The notes below the pieces were generated by a model. That model was given only the letters and a program-made list of their open reading frames with translations, was not told the DNA's origin and ran no database searches. This document shows positions 37,712-45,369 of a stretch of 64,000 bases of DNA, piece by piece; the first letter of the stretch is position 1; each line of letters begins with the position of its first letter. The stretch covers positions 12,642-76,641 of the forward strand of contig JBGVEC010000005.1 in NCBI GenBank assembly GCA_045119815.1. The letters run 5' to 3'. Source of the DNA: Paludibacteraceae bacterium. Its GTDB lineage: Bacteria > Bacteroidota > Bacteroidia > Bacteroidales > Paludibacteraceae. Position numbers and translations under genes: made by a program.

Positions 37712-39061
37712 ATGAAAATACGGTTTGTCACATTAGGATGTAAGCTCAATTTTGCAGAGAGTAGCGCAATAGGCAAAGCACTACTCCAACAAGGGCATAC
37801 CCGTGCCAAACAAGGCGAAGAAGCCGACATCTGCGTGATCAACACCTGCTCCGTCACCGACAATGCCGACCACAAAGATAGACAAACCATACATCGCATA
37901 CATCGCCAAAACCCTAACGCAATCATCATAGTAACAGGATGTTACGCACAACTACAACCTGAACAAATAGCGCAAATAGAAGGGGTAGATTATGTGCTGG
38001 GACAGAATGAGAAATATGAGATCACGCAATTAGTCGATGATATCGAGCGATTGCGTGATAGTTTAGAGGACGCTTCGCTACAGGACGCCGCAAGCGGCTA
38101 CAGTTTAGAGGCACAGAAAATTCGCGTGGCGAATATTCGCGAGGTAGAGGAGTTTCATGGTGCATACAGCAAAGACGACCGTACACGCTGCTTCCTCAAA
38201 GTACAAGACGGTTGCAACTACTTCTGCACCTATTGTACTATCCCATACGCGCGAGGCAAATCACGCAACCCTAAGATAGAAGAAGTAGTCAAAGACGCAC
38301 AAGAAGCCATCTCACAAGGAGCCAAAGAAATCATCCTAACTGGCGTCAATATAGGTGACTTCGGAAGAAGCACAGGGGAGGCTTTTATCGATTTGCTGAA
38401 GGCATTAGATAGTTTAGAGGACGGCGTTCCGCCTACAGAACGCCCTACGGGCTACAGTTTAGAGGCAAGAGACTACCGCATCCGAATTTCATCCTGCGAA
38501 CCCAACCTTTTGACAGACGAAATCATCGATTTCGTAGCCCACTCCAAGCACTTTGCTCCACACTTCCATATTCCTCTACAATCCGGTAGTAACGAGGTAC
38601 TTAGCATCATGAAACGCCGCTATACCCGCGAGCTATTTGAGGAGCGTGTAAAGCACATCAAACAGGTCATGCCACATGCCTTCATCGGCGTGGATTGTAT
38701 GGTAGGTGTACGAGGCGAAACAGAAGAGTATTTCAACGACTATGTAGAATTTATCAAGCGATTGGATGTAAGTCAGTTACATGTATTCACCTACTCCGAA
38801 AGAGCCAACACTCGTATGCTAGAGTTAGACCTGTGCATCGTCCCTAAAGCGGAACGCCAACGCCGCAGCAAGATCCTACACGAAATCTCCGAAGCGAAAA
38901 CCCAAACCTTCTACGCCAACCAAACAGGGTGTGAGGCCATCGTACTATGGGAGTCAAAGAAAGAGGGCGACCAAATGGCTGGATTCACAGAGAACTATGT
39001 CAAGGTACATCGTCCATATGACAAAGCAAAAGTAAATACTTTTGAGGTTATTAGGTTATAG
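37712..39061 (+). CDS. mtaB: MiaB-like tRNA methylthiotransferase (MtaB type)
   Basis: FVTLGCKLNFAES N-domain, radical-SAM CNYFCTYCTIPYARG, C-terminal TRAM-like part. Confidence 0.8.
   Translation: MKIRFVTLGCKLNFAESSAIGKALLQQGHTRAKQGEEADICVINTCSVTDNADHKDRQTIHRIHRQNPNAIIIVTGCYAQLQPEQIAQIEGVDYVLGQNEKYEITQLVDDIERLRDSLEDASLQDAASGYSLEAQKIRVANIREVEEFHGAYSKDDRTRCFLKVQDGCNYFCTYCTIPYARGKSRNPKIEEVVKDAQEAISQGAKEIILTGVNIGDFGRSTGEAFIDLLKALDSLEDGVPPTERPTGYSLEARDYRIRISSCEPNLLTDEIIDFVAHSKHFAPHFHIPLQSGSNEVLSIMKRRYTRELFEERVKHIKQVMPHAFIGVDCMVGVRGETEEYFNDYVEFIKRLDVSQLHVFTYSERANTRMLELDLCIVPKAERQRRSKILHEISEAKTQTFYANQTGCEAIVLWESKKEGDQMAGFTENYVKVHRPYDKAKVNTFEVIRL
38060..38111 (+). repeat. AGTTTAGAGG-flanked 52-bp element, copy 1, in frame in mtaB
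   Basis: agtttagaggacgcttcgctacaggacgccgcaagcggctacagtttagagg, translated SLEDASLQDAASGYSLE. Confidence 0.95.
38411..38465 (+). repeat. AGTTTAGAGG-flanked 55-bp element, copy 2, in frame in mtaB
   Basis: agtttagaggacggcgttccgcctacagaacgccctacgggctacagtttagagg, translated SLEDGVPPTERPTGYSLE. Confidence 0.95.
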
Positions 39062-39133
39062 GGGAGAGGCGAAAGGACGCTCGCAAGCGAGCTATAGGCT
39101 ATAGGCTATAGGCGAAAAGTTAAAGGCGAGGGA
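39062..39133 (+). repeat. Composite array directly after the mtaB stop: GGCGAAA words, GGAC-GCTCGCAAGCGAGC-TATAG hairpin unit, GCTATAG x3, GGCGA words
   Basis: gggagaggcgaaaggacgctcgcaagcgagctataggctataggctataggcgaaaagttaaaggcgaggg. Confidence 0.9.
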
Positions 39134-39205
39134 CAAAAAGGAGGTATTTTTCTTAAAAAAATACATTTTTTTATTACAGCTCTTGCATGTTTCAATAATT
39201 TTTAC

Positions 39206-39213
39206 TACCTTTG
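39206..39213 (+). promoter_or_regulatory. Candidate -7 box TACCTTTG for rho
   Basis: TAnnTTTG match 68 nt upstream of ATG 39281. Confidence 0.5.
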
Positions 39214-39280
39214 CATCGTCTTAGCGAGACTAGTTAAGATTATTCCCATTTTTTCAGATTTTTTACACAGATTTTATTAT

Positions 39281-41224
39281 ATGCAATACGACATGCAGAA
39301 ACTCGGGCGTATGACGCTCGAACAATTGACAGAGATTGCTGCTAGTTTTGGTCTCAAAGTAGGCCGAAACGCATCTTTGCAATCTATTATCTATGACATC
39401 TTAGATGCACAAGCCGACAAACGTGGCGCTGAAGTACAAGCGAAAGAAGATGCCAAACAAGCCAAAAACGAGGAGAAAAAACGTAGCAAACGCCAACGCA
39501 TTCAAAACACTCCTACCAAAGTCAACACCGACAACCTCAAGAGCAATCGCATGATTGCCACCGTAGGCAACGAACAAGACACTTTGGGGCAAATGAAAGA
39601 AGAACAAGCCAAACAACCTACTCCTAAGCCAGTAGTATCAGCCCAACAAGCTAATATTTTCAGTTTAGAGGCGAGAGGCGATAAGGCGAAAGGCGAAGAG
39701 GCGAAAGGCGTGGTCAGCGACCAAGGCGATAAGGCGAAAGGAGAGGAGGTTAAGGCCAAGAAGAAGCGCGGCAGACCAAAGAAGGAGGTAAAGAGTTTAG
39801 AGGACGCTGCGCTACAGGACGGCAGTAAAACAGCCTATAGTTTAGAGGCGAGAGGCGATAAGGCAAAAGGCGAAAGGCAAGAGGCGAAAGGAGAGGAGAA
39901 TCCTAATACACCTAAAAAATCAGCCGAGACCCCAGAGGAGAAGAAAGCGCGACTAGATGCTCGTATCGCACAAATAACCAAGCAAATTGCCAAACGCGAA
40001 GAACAACTAGCGAATGGAGAAGAAGTGACTCCCATCCAAAATCAACCCAACAATAAACCAGAAGAGGAGTTGCTAGAAAAAGGCGCAGAAGCATTTGGTA
40101 ACACCATCGTAGCCGTTGGTACACTAGAATGTGCACCAGATGGATACGGATTCTTGAGAAGCGCAGACTACAACTACATCTCTTCACCAGATGACATCTA
40201 CGTTTCCCAACAACAGATTCGACAATATGCACTCAAAACAGGCGACACCGTAGAGTGCACCATTCGTCCACCACGTGATACAGACAAGTATTTCCCTATG
40301 AAAGATGTGATACGCGTAAACGGTGTAGCACCATCCGTGGCAAAAGAGCGTATCGCATTTGAGAACCTCACCCCACTCTTCCCTGACGAGAAATTCAAAC
40401 TATGCAAAGGCGACAAGAGTGATCCACTATCTGTGAGAATCATCGATTTCTTTGCTCCTATCGGTAAAGGACAACGCGGGTTGATAGTCGCACAACCTAA
40501 AACAGGTAAAACTGTACTACTCAAACAAATAGCCAATGCTATCGCGTCTAATCACCCTGAAGTATATATGATTGTATTGCTTATTGACGAACGCCCTGAA
40601 GAAGTAACCGACATGGCTCGTTCTGTCAATGCAGAGGTGATCGCATCTACCTTTGATGAACCAGCAGAGAACCATGTGAAAGTAGCGAATATCGTACACG
40701 AGAAAGCCAAACGACTAGTCGAATGTGGACACGACGTAGTTATCCTACTCGATAGTATCACACGTCTTGCACGCGCATACAACACCGTGGCTCCTGCTAG
40801 CGGTAAAGTATTATCAGGCGGTGTGGAAGCTCAAGCATTGCATAAACCAAAACGTTTCTTTGGCGCTGCTCGTAACATTGAGAATGGCGGAAGCCTCACT
40901 ATCATCGCTACCGCATTGACCGAAACCGGTAGCAAGATGGATGACGTAATCTTTGAGGAGTTCAAGGGAACTGGTAACATGGAATTGCAACTAGATCGCA
41001 AGCTCAGCAACAAGCGTATCTTCCCAGCTGTAGATATACCTGCATCTTCTACCCGTAGAGATGATTTGCTACTACCTGCCGACGTATTAAGCCGTATGTG
41101 GATCATCCGCAAACAGCTAACCGACATGAACAGCGTGGAAGCTATGGAGAAACTCAAGACCCTCATGGAGAGAACCAATGATAATGATGAGTTTCTATTA
41201 GCAGTTCAAGGAACAAGGAACTAG
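39281..41224 (+). CDS. rho: Transcription termination factor Rho with a ~220-aa K/E-rich insertion after the Rho_N domain
   Basis: Rho_N ([14 protein letters not shown]), CSD-like GYGFLRS, P-loop [30 protein letters not shown]. Confidence 0.95.
   Translation: MQYDMQKLGRMTLEQLTEIAASFGLKVGRNASLQSIIYDILDAQADKRGAEVQAKEDAKQAKNEEKKRSKRQRIQNTPTKVNTDNLKSNRMIATVGNEQDTLGQMKEEQAKQPTPKPVVSAQQANIFSLEARGDKAKGEEAKGVVSDQGDKAKGEEVKAKKKRGRPKKEVKSLEDAALQDGSKTAYSLEARGDKAKGERQEAKGEENPNTPKKSAETPEEKKARLDARIAQITKQIAKREEQLANGEEVTPIQNQPNNKPEEELLEKGAEAFGNTIVAVGTLECAPDGYGFLRSADYNYISSPDDIYVSQQQIRQYALKTGDTVECTIRPPRDTDKYFPMKDVIRVNGVAPSVAKERIAFENLTPLFPDEKFKLCKGDKSDPLSVRIIDFFAPIGKGQRGLIVAQPKTGKTVLLKQIANAIASNHPEVYMIVLLIDERPEEVTDMARSVNAEVIASTFDEPAENHVKVANIVHEKAKRLVECGHDVVILLDSITRLARAYNTVAPASGKVLSGGVEAQALHKPKRFFGAARNIENGGSLTIIATALTETGSKMDDVIFEEFKGTGNMELQLDRKLSNKRIFPAVDIPASSTRRDDLLLPADVLSRMWIIRKQLTDMNSVEAMEKLKTLMERTNDNDEFLLAVQGTRN
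39662..39748 (+). repeat. AGTTTAGAGG word followed by GGCGAGA/GGCGATA/GGCGAAA heptamers, in frame in rho
   Basis: Translated [29 protein letters not shown]. Confidence 0.9.
39794..39898 (+). repeat. AGTTTAGAGG-flanked 55-bp element (copy 3) plus a GGCGA heptamer tract, in frame in rho
   Basis: agtttagaggacgctgcgctacaggacggcagtaaaacagcctatagtttagagg then cgagaggcgataaggcaaaaggcgaaaggcaagaggcgaaaggagagg. Translated [35 protein letters not shown]. Confidence 0.95.
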
Positions 41225-41238
41225 TAAGACAAAAGGAT

Positions 41239-41688
41239 ATGAAGATAGTAATTATTAATGGACCGAATTTGAATCTACTGGGTAAGAGAGAGCCCGCAAT
41301 ATATGGGACTCAATCCATGGAGCAAATACTAGTGGACATACAACGTGCCCATATGGATGTGCATTTTACCTATCTTCAGTCCAACCACGAAGGCGATTTG
41401 ATAGATTGGATACAACGGTATGGGATTGAGGCAATGAGGCGAGAAGGCGATGAGGCAAAAGGCATCGTACTAAATGCAGGAGGATACACCCATACCAGTG
41501 TGGCACTCAGAGATGCGGTAGCATGCGCTAACGTACCTGTTGTAGAAGTACACATATCCGACATCTCTCAGCGAGAAGAATTTAGAAAAGTAAGCCTACT
41601 AACCGATGTGTGCAACCATAGCATCATAGGACATGGCACAAAGGGATATCAAGAAGCGGTTGAGTGGTTATTAGGAAGCCTCTCCTAA
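41239..41688 (+). CDS. aroQ: Type II 3-dehydroquinate dehydratase
   Basis: IINGPNLNLLGKREP, QSNHEGDLIDWIQ, NAGGYTHTSVALRDA, EVHISD. Confidence 0.93.
   Translation: MKIVIINGPNLNLLGKREPAIYGTQSMEQILVDIQRAHMDVHFTYLQSNHEGDLIDWIQRYGIEAMRREGDEAKGIVLNAGGYTHTSVALRDAVACANVPVVEVHISDISQREEFRKVSLLTDVCNHSIIGHGTKGYQEAVEWLLGSLS
41428..41463 (+). repeat. Degenerate GAGGCRA heptamer tract in frame in aroQ
   Basis: gaggcaatgaggcgagaaggcgatgaggcaaaaggc, translated EAMRREGDEAKG. Confidence 0.8.
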
Positions 41689-41739
41689 ATCCTCCCCTAA
41701 AGGGAAGGACTTTTAGAGGTGAGGGTTAAAGTATATAAC

Positions 41740-42498
41740 ATGAAAAATAGATTAATCAAATGTATCGTATGTAGCCTATTGCTGATAGCAACAGGCAAGA
41801 CATATGCACAAAACAATCCTTATGTAGATGACAAATTGATACATTTTGGATTCTTTTTGAGTGTAGATATGTTGTCTTATCATATCCAAGAAAATGATAG
41901 TTTGACACAAATGGGTATGCCCCACTTTGATGGCAATGTATATCACCCTCGTACCATGTCCGTAGGACCTGGTTTTAGTGTCGGATTCATTACCGACTTG
42001 CGTCTCACTCCTCATTTGAATTTGCGTTTTACCCCATCATTGAGTTTTGGTGAGCGAAGTGTAACCTACACGAGTTATACGGTACCAGATAGTTTGATTG
42101 GTTTTACCAACGTAGCTCGCAACAAGCCAAGTATGCTGACCATACCCGTATCTATCCCCGTTTACCTCAAATGGTCTGCGGAACGCGAATGGAACTATCG
42201 ACCATACGTCATCGTGGGTGGCGGTGTGCAATTCGAATGTTTTAGAGATAAAGATAAAATGCTGTTGCACAAACCTTTTGATGTGTTTGTGTCCGGAGGT
42301 TTTGGCTGTGACTTCTATTTTAGATGGTTCAAACTTTGCCCTGAGATCAAATATCAAATTGGATTCTTAGATGCACATGTACCTACTAGCAGAACAGAGG
42401 AAGAAGGTTGGGGGCTATCCGAAGGACAATACTTCTACACCGATGCCATCAAACGAGTAATCCATCAAAAAATATCCATTACATTCAACTTTGAGTAA
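41740..42498 (+). CDS. PorT-family outer-membrane beta-barrel protein (probable T9SS PorT/SprT, tentative)
   Basis: Signal peptide, DDKLIHFGFFLSVDMLSY near the N-terminus, alternating beta-strand pattern, C-terminal ..ISITFNFE. Confidence 0.5.
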   Translation: MKNRLIKCIVCSLLLIATGKTYAQNNPYVDDKLIHFGFFLSVDMLSYHIQENDSLTQMGMPHFDGNVYHPRTMSVGPGFSVGFITDLRLTPHLNLRFTPSLSFGERSVTYTSYTVPDSLIGFTNVARNKPSMLTIPVSIPVYLKWSAEREWNYRPYVIVGGGVQFECFRDKDKMLLHKPFDVFVSGGFGCDFYFRWFKLCPEIKYQIGFLDAHVPTSRTEEEGWGLSEGQYFYTDAIKRVIHQKISITFNFE

Positions 42499-43976
42499 TG
42501 AGAAACTATCATCACATATCACCATGGAAAGGATTGCTATTATTCGCAATAGCAACAATGCTTTTCGCATGTCAACAAGATAGAATATCATCCGATCCTA
42601 GTTTGCAATTATCTTTCTCGCACGACACCGTACTCTTTGATACGGTGTTTACTGCTATGGGGACATCCACACACCGTGTGATGGTATATAACCCTCATAA
42701 AAACGCCATCAATATTGAGCAAGTGAGTATGCAGAATGGCAAATATTTTCACATCAATCTGGATGGCGAAAATGATATGGAGCAACTGCGCAATGTGATT
42801 ATACGAGGCGAAGATAGTCTATTCCTATTCGTACGCGCGTATATTGATCCGTTGGATGAAAACTCACCTGTACTGATAGAAGATAAAATTGCCTTCAAGG
42901 TCAACGACCAAACACAACAAATAACCTTGCAGGCATATGGACAGAACATAGAAAAGATTCAAGGAAAGAATGGACTAAAAATATTTCCAGAATTGACGTT
43001 AACTAGCACCAAACCCTACGTAATATACGATACCATAGCAATTGCTGGAAATCTAACCATTGAGGCTGGCACAACCATCTATATGCACGAAGGCGCTGGT
43101 ATATACGCCTATGGAAACGTACTAGCACAAGGAACCAAAGAACAACCGATTATTTTCCGAGGAGATAGAACGGACAAACTATTTGATTCTGTGCCATACA
43201 GAATGGCTTCCGGACAATGGAATGGTATTTACCTCATCCACGACAAGCAGATAGAACAACAACCTCTGTATCAAATGGAGTATGTAGATATCCTATCCGG
43301 AAGCATTGGACTATACACCTATTCCGAGGAAACAGACACTACATATTGCCCAAAACTGATACTCAAAAATAGTCGCATCCACAATCATTCCATTTACGGA
43401 CTCATTTTACAAAATGTGAATGCAGATGTATCCAATTGCGAAATCAGCAATTGCGCGTCCTATTGCGTTTATTTGGCAGGTGGCAAACATGATTTTGTAC
43501 ACAATACCATTGCAGCTTACTACGGTTATCCATATACCAATTTGAATATCCATAGCAATATTATTCCCGAAGATGTCGCTGCGGTGTATGTCAACAACCT
43601 GAGTAAGAATTACGCCAAGACCATCAGTTCATTTAGCAATTGCATCATTACAGGTGGCAGAAAAAACAATGTCGTAGTAGCCACACCACTAGCAAATGAA
43701 TACCAAGGGCAGTTTGTAGGCAACTATCTACGTGCTGATTCATTATCTGAACTATTTGCACACAACAATGTCTATGCAGCAGAAGAAGACACAGCTGTCT
43801 TCCGAAACATATATTACCAATACAAGAAATATCATTACTATGATTTTCGCCTAGACTCTCTATCACCCGCTCGCGGAATAGCAGATAGTATCATAGCGTT
43901 GAAATTTCCAATAGATAGAGTTGGTAATGCACGCAAACCACATCCAGATGCTGGATGTTATGAATTTAGTTTATAG
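42498..43976 (+). CDS. Lipoprotein with predicted right-handed beta-helix repeats, hypothetical
   Basis: Lipobox LFAC. Repeated N.S/I..N..YG/ISNC segments (NSRIHNHSIYGLILQNVNADVSNCEISNCASYCVYL). Start overlaps the porT-like stop (TAATG). Confidence 0.55.
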   Translation: MRNYHHISPWKGLLLFAIATMLFACQQDRISSDPSLQLSFSHDTVLFDTVFTAMGTSTHRVMVYNPHKNAINIEQVSMQNGKYFHINLDGENDMEQLRNVIIRGEDSLFLFVRAYIDPLDENSPVLIEDKIAFKVNDQTQQITLQAYGQNIEKIQGKNGLKIFPELTLTSTKPYVIYDTIAIAGNLTIEAGTTIYMHEGAGIYAYGNVLAQGTKEQPIIFRGDRTDKLFDSVPYRMASGQWNGIYLIHDKQIEQQPLYQMEYVDILSGSIGLYTYSEETDTTYCPKLILKNSRIHNHSIYGLILQNVNADVSNCEISNCASYCVYLAGGKHDFVHNTIAAYYGYPYTNLNIHSNIIPEDVAAVYVNNLSKNYAKTISSFSNCIITGGRKNNVVVATPLANEYQGQFVGNYLRADSLSELFAHNNVYAAEEDTAVFRNIYYQYKKYHYYDFRLDSLSPARGIADSIIALKFPIDRVGNARKPHPDAGCYEFSL

Positions 43977-43993
43977 TTTAAAGTTGAAAGGCA

Positions 43994-44443
43994 ATGAATA
44001 TAGGAGACAAAATGCCCACCTTTAGTGTGGCTGATCAAAATGGTAATGTTGTGACTGACCAACAGTTACTAGGTAAAAAAACGATTATCTATTTTTACCC
44101 CAAAGATAGCACCCCAGGTTGCACCGCAGAGGCATGCAATTTGCGAGATAATTATGAGCGTATGTTGGCAGAAGGTTATCAGGTACTTGGTGTAAGCAAA
44201 GATAGTCAGAAATCTCACTTGAATTTTATTGCCAAATATGAATTACCATTTACATTACTATCCGACCCTAGTACAGAAATGCTACAAGCATTTGGTGCAT
44301 GGGGCGAGAAGAAAATGTGCGGTAAGACATGTGTTGGCACCCTACGCAAGACCTTTGTGTTTGATGAAAAAGGCATACTAACACAAGTGATTGAGAAAGT
44401 TAATACCAAAAATCATGCAGAACAGATTTTGGGAGAGAGTTGA
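43994..44443 (+). CDS. bcp: Thioredoxin-dependent thiol peroxidase (Bcp/PrxQ)
   Basis: YFYPKDSTPGCTAEAC active-site motif. Confidence 0.9.
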   Translation: MNIGDKMPTFSVADQNGNVVTDQQLLGKKTIIYFYPKDSTPGCTAEACNLRDNYERMLAEGYQVLGVSKDSQKSHLNFIAKYELPFTLLSDPSTEMLQAFGAWGEKKMCGKTCVGTLRKTFVFDEKGILTQVIEKVNTKNHAEQILGES

Positions 44444-44461
44444 GAGTTTAAAGTTTAAAGG
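44433..44461 (+). repeat. GAGAGAG/TTGAGAG/TTTAAAG x2 heptamer tract containing the bcp stop codon
   Basis: gagagagttgagagtttaaagtttaaagg; the TGA at 44441-44443 lies inside ttgagag. Confidence 0.85.
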
Positions 44462-44471
44462 CAAAGAATAT

Positions 44472-45338
44472 ATGGAAACACAAGAATTGAAAAAACTCAT
44501 TGCAGTTTGGTTTGAAGAAGATATACGCGACGGTGATCATACATCACTAAGTTGCATCCCAGAGACAGAAATGGGCTGCCAACAGCTCATCGTAAAAGAA
44601 GAAGGTATCATTGCAGGTATCGAAGTAGCAAAAGAGATCGTTGCATATTTTGATCCAGCATGTCGTTTTGAACAATTGCTCGAAGACGGAGCGCATGTAA
44701 AACCAGGCGATATAGCTTTCCGTGTATATGGTAAGGAACTTAGCCTATTGCAAATTGAGCGCACCATGCTCAACATCATGCAGCGTATGTCTGGTGTTGC
44801 CACCACCGCCAACCGCTATCAAAGCCTTATCGCTGATACCAACTGCCATGTGTTGGATACTCGTAAAACTACCCCAGGTTTGCGTTATCTAGAGAAAGAG
44901 GCAGTACTCATTGGTGGCGGCATGAATCACCGCATCGGTCTATTTGACATGATCCTACTCAAAGATAACCACGTGGATTTTGCAGGTGGTATCACCGCAG
45001 CACTTACTCGTGCAAAGAACTACTGCGAAGAGAAAGGTAAAGACCTTCGCATTGAGATTGAGACTCGCAACGAGGACGAGATTCGCGAAGCATTGGCGAC
45101 CAATATTCCAGATCGCATCATGTTGGATAACTTCACCCCAGAACGCACCAAGGGTGCCGTAGAAATCATCCGTGCATGGGAGAAAGAAAATGGCAAACAT
45201 ATTGAGATAGAGTCTAGTGGTGGTATCACCATTGACACCTTGCACGACTATGCCGTGACTGGCGTAGATTTTGTGAGTGTAGGTGCATTGACTCACTCAA
45301 TCAAGAGTTTGGATATGTCGTTTAAAGCAATGAAATAG
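44472..45338 (+). CDS. nadC: Nicotinate-nucleotide diphosphorylase (carboxylating)
   Basis: EDIRDGDHTS, LDTRKTTPGLR, KDNH, LDNF. I prefer the Met at 44472, downstream of the bcp stop. Confidence 0.9.
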   Translation: METQELKKLIAVWFEEDIRDGDHTSLSCIPETEMGCQQLIVKEEGIIAGIEVAKEIVAYFDPACRFEQLLEDGAHVKPGDIAFRVYGKELSLLQIERTMLNIMQRMSGVATTANRYQSLIADTNCHVLDTRKTTPGLRYLEKEAVLIGGGMNHRIGLFDMILLKDNHVDFAGGITAALTRAKNYCEEKGKDLRIEIETRNEDEIREALATNIPDRIMLDNFTPERTKGAVEIIRAWEKENGKHIEIESSGGITIDTLHDYAVTGVDFVSVGALTHSIKSLDMSFKAMK

Positions 45339-45366
45339 TTTAGTGTTTAGAGTTTAGTGTTTAGAG
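45339..45366. repeat. Perfect tandem doublet TTTAGTGTTTAGAG x2 filling the nadC-pepP spacer
   Basis: Starts 1 nt after the nadC stop and ends 3 nt before the pepP ATG. Confidence 0.95.
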
Positions 45367-45369
45367 ACG

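Noticed and set aside
30404-39133. Possible CRISPR arrays, given the many short repeats in the spacers.
   Set aside because: Repeat units are 7-14 bp and directly adjacent, with no unique spacers of 25-40 bp, and no cas genes are present. They are not CRISPR.
39144-39173. The AT-only hairpin GTATTTTT-CTTAA-AAAAATAC followed by T-runs, as the mtaB terminator.
   Set aside because: The stem consists almost entirely of A-T pairs and would be very weak. I left it unannotated.
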